A stretch of 45,619 nucleotides of DNA, counting the filler, from Catajapyx aquilonaris (lineage: Eukaryota), in the NCBI GenBank assembly GCA_000934665.2. It is 2 parts of 2 records of this genome, joined end to end, with 100 filler letters (N's around TTAATTAATTAA, not from the genome) between each part and the next. Parts side by side here need not be neighbours in the genome. Positions count along the whole stretch, not along the records: positions 22,890 to 45,619 come from JYFJ02005822.1; 1 more part is not named here. One strand, written 5' to 3'. The notes below the pieces were generated by a model that was not told the origin of the DNA, did not search any database, and saw nothing but the letters and a program-made list of their open reading frames with translations. Position numbers and translations under genes: made by a program. The stretch's first letter is position 1; the number at the start of each line of letters is the position of its first letter. This document shows positions 45,066 to 45,619 of this stretch, in pieces.

Positions 45066-45619
45066 GAACTCATATCGAAACAAACTTAAGACATTTCATA
45101 GCATTGTAGTGCCTCACGATTATGCGTAAGAGACACCACAAAATAACCCAGGGAAACACACCGGGGAAGAGGGGTGTTGACTTCTATTCAGGACAACTCG
45201 TATCGATACAACACATCCGTCCAGGAGGATGGTAGAACAAGAACTAACTTTATCAAAACATCAACAACATCAGTGCCCTGGCAACCAGGGCAACAGACAA
45301 CAACCTGGTTGCCAGGACACTACAATCTTCCCCCCTTAAGAGCGCGCTCTAGGCTACGCTATTCATTGTTGCGGGGAGCCCGTCGCGGGCCGGCCCGTGA
45401 GTTTGACACTTCTTCCTCTCGCTGTCACGGCCGCAAATATGGAGGTATCGGCATGAAACTGGAGTATATGGACGCGAAAGGGTTGCACTTTGAGATGGTG
45501 AGCTTATTTTTCTCCTGGGGCAATATTTGCGGCCGCCGCGGCCAGGTACATTTTTTTATTTTGACCCGCAATTACTCCTTTCCATGTCGGTATCTGTGAA
45601 ATTCGAGAGCGTCAGCATG

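Noticed and set aside
45174..45599. 141-aa ORF at the window end
   Set aside because: Non-ATG start, no recognisable domain, and it runs through repeat-like sequence.

Overview
Eukaryotic (arthropod-like) genomic DNA with short GT-AG introns and many SINEs, MITEs and (AAT)n tracts. An artificial 100-nt spacer (44 N + TTAATTAATTAA + 44 N, 22790-22889) splits the window, so the two halves may not be contiguous. The left half holds a secreted protein with TTTRKPR repeats and four Ly6/three-finger (quiver-like) GPI-anchored genes arranged as two head-to-head pairs; two carry extra loop-insertion exons and one has a frameshift equal to a 16-nt GT..AG segment. It also holds a 1.4-kb palindromic TTCCACTTA/TAAGTGGAA motif field, a 4-exon basic orphan gene with a decayed copy of its first exon, two tandem C2H2 zinc-finger paralogues, a 61-aa secreted peptide gene and a divergent ionotropic receptor cut by the spacer. 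The right half holds the 3' part of GCN2 (eIF2AK4), whose 10.2-kb intron contains a complete antisense SmydA-type SET/MYND gene, a 1.8-kb inverted duplication, an RTE LINE fragment and nested MITEs/SINEs. All exon models were built by hand from splice sites and frame continuity; no database searches were run.
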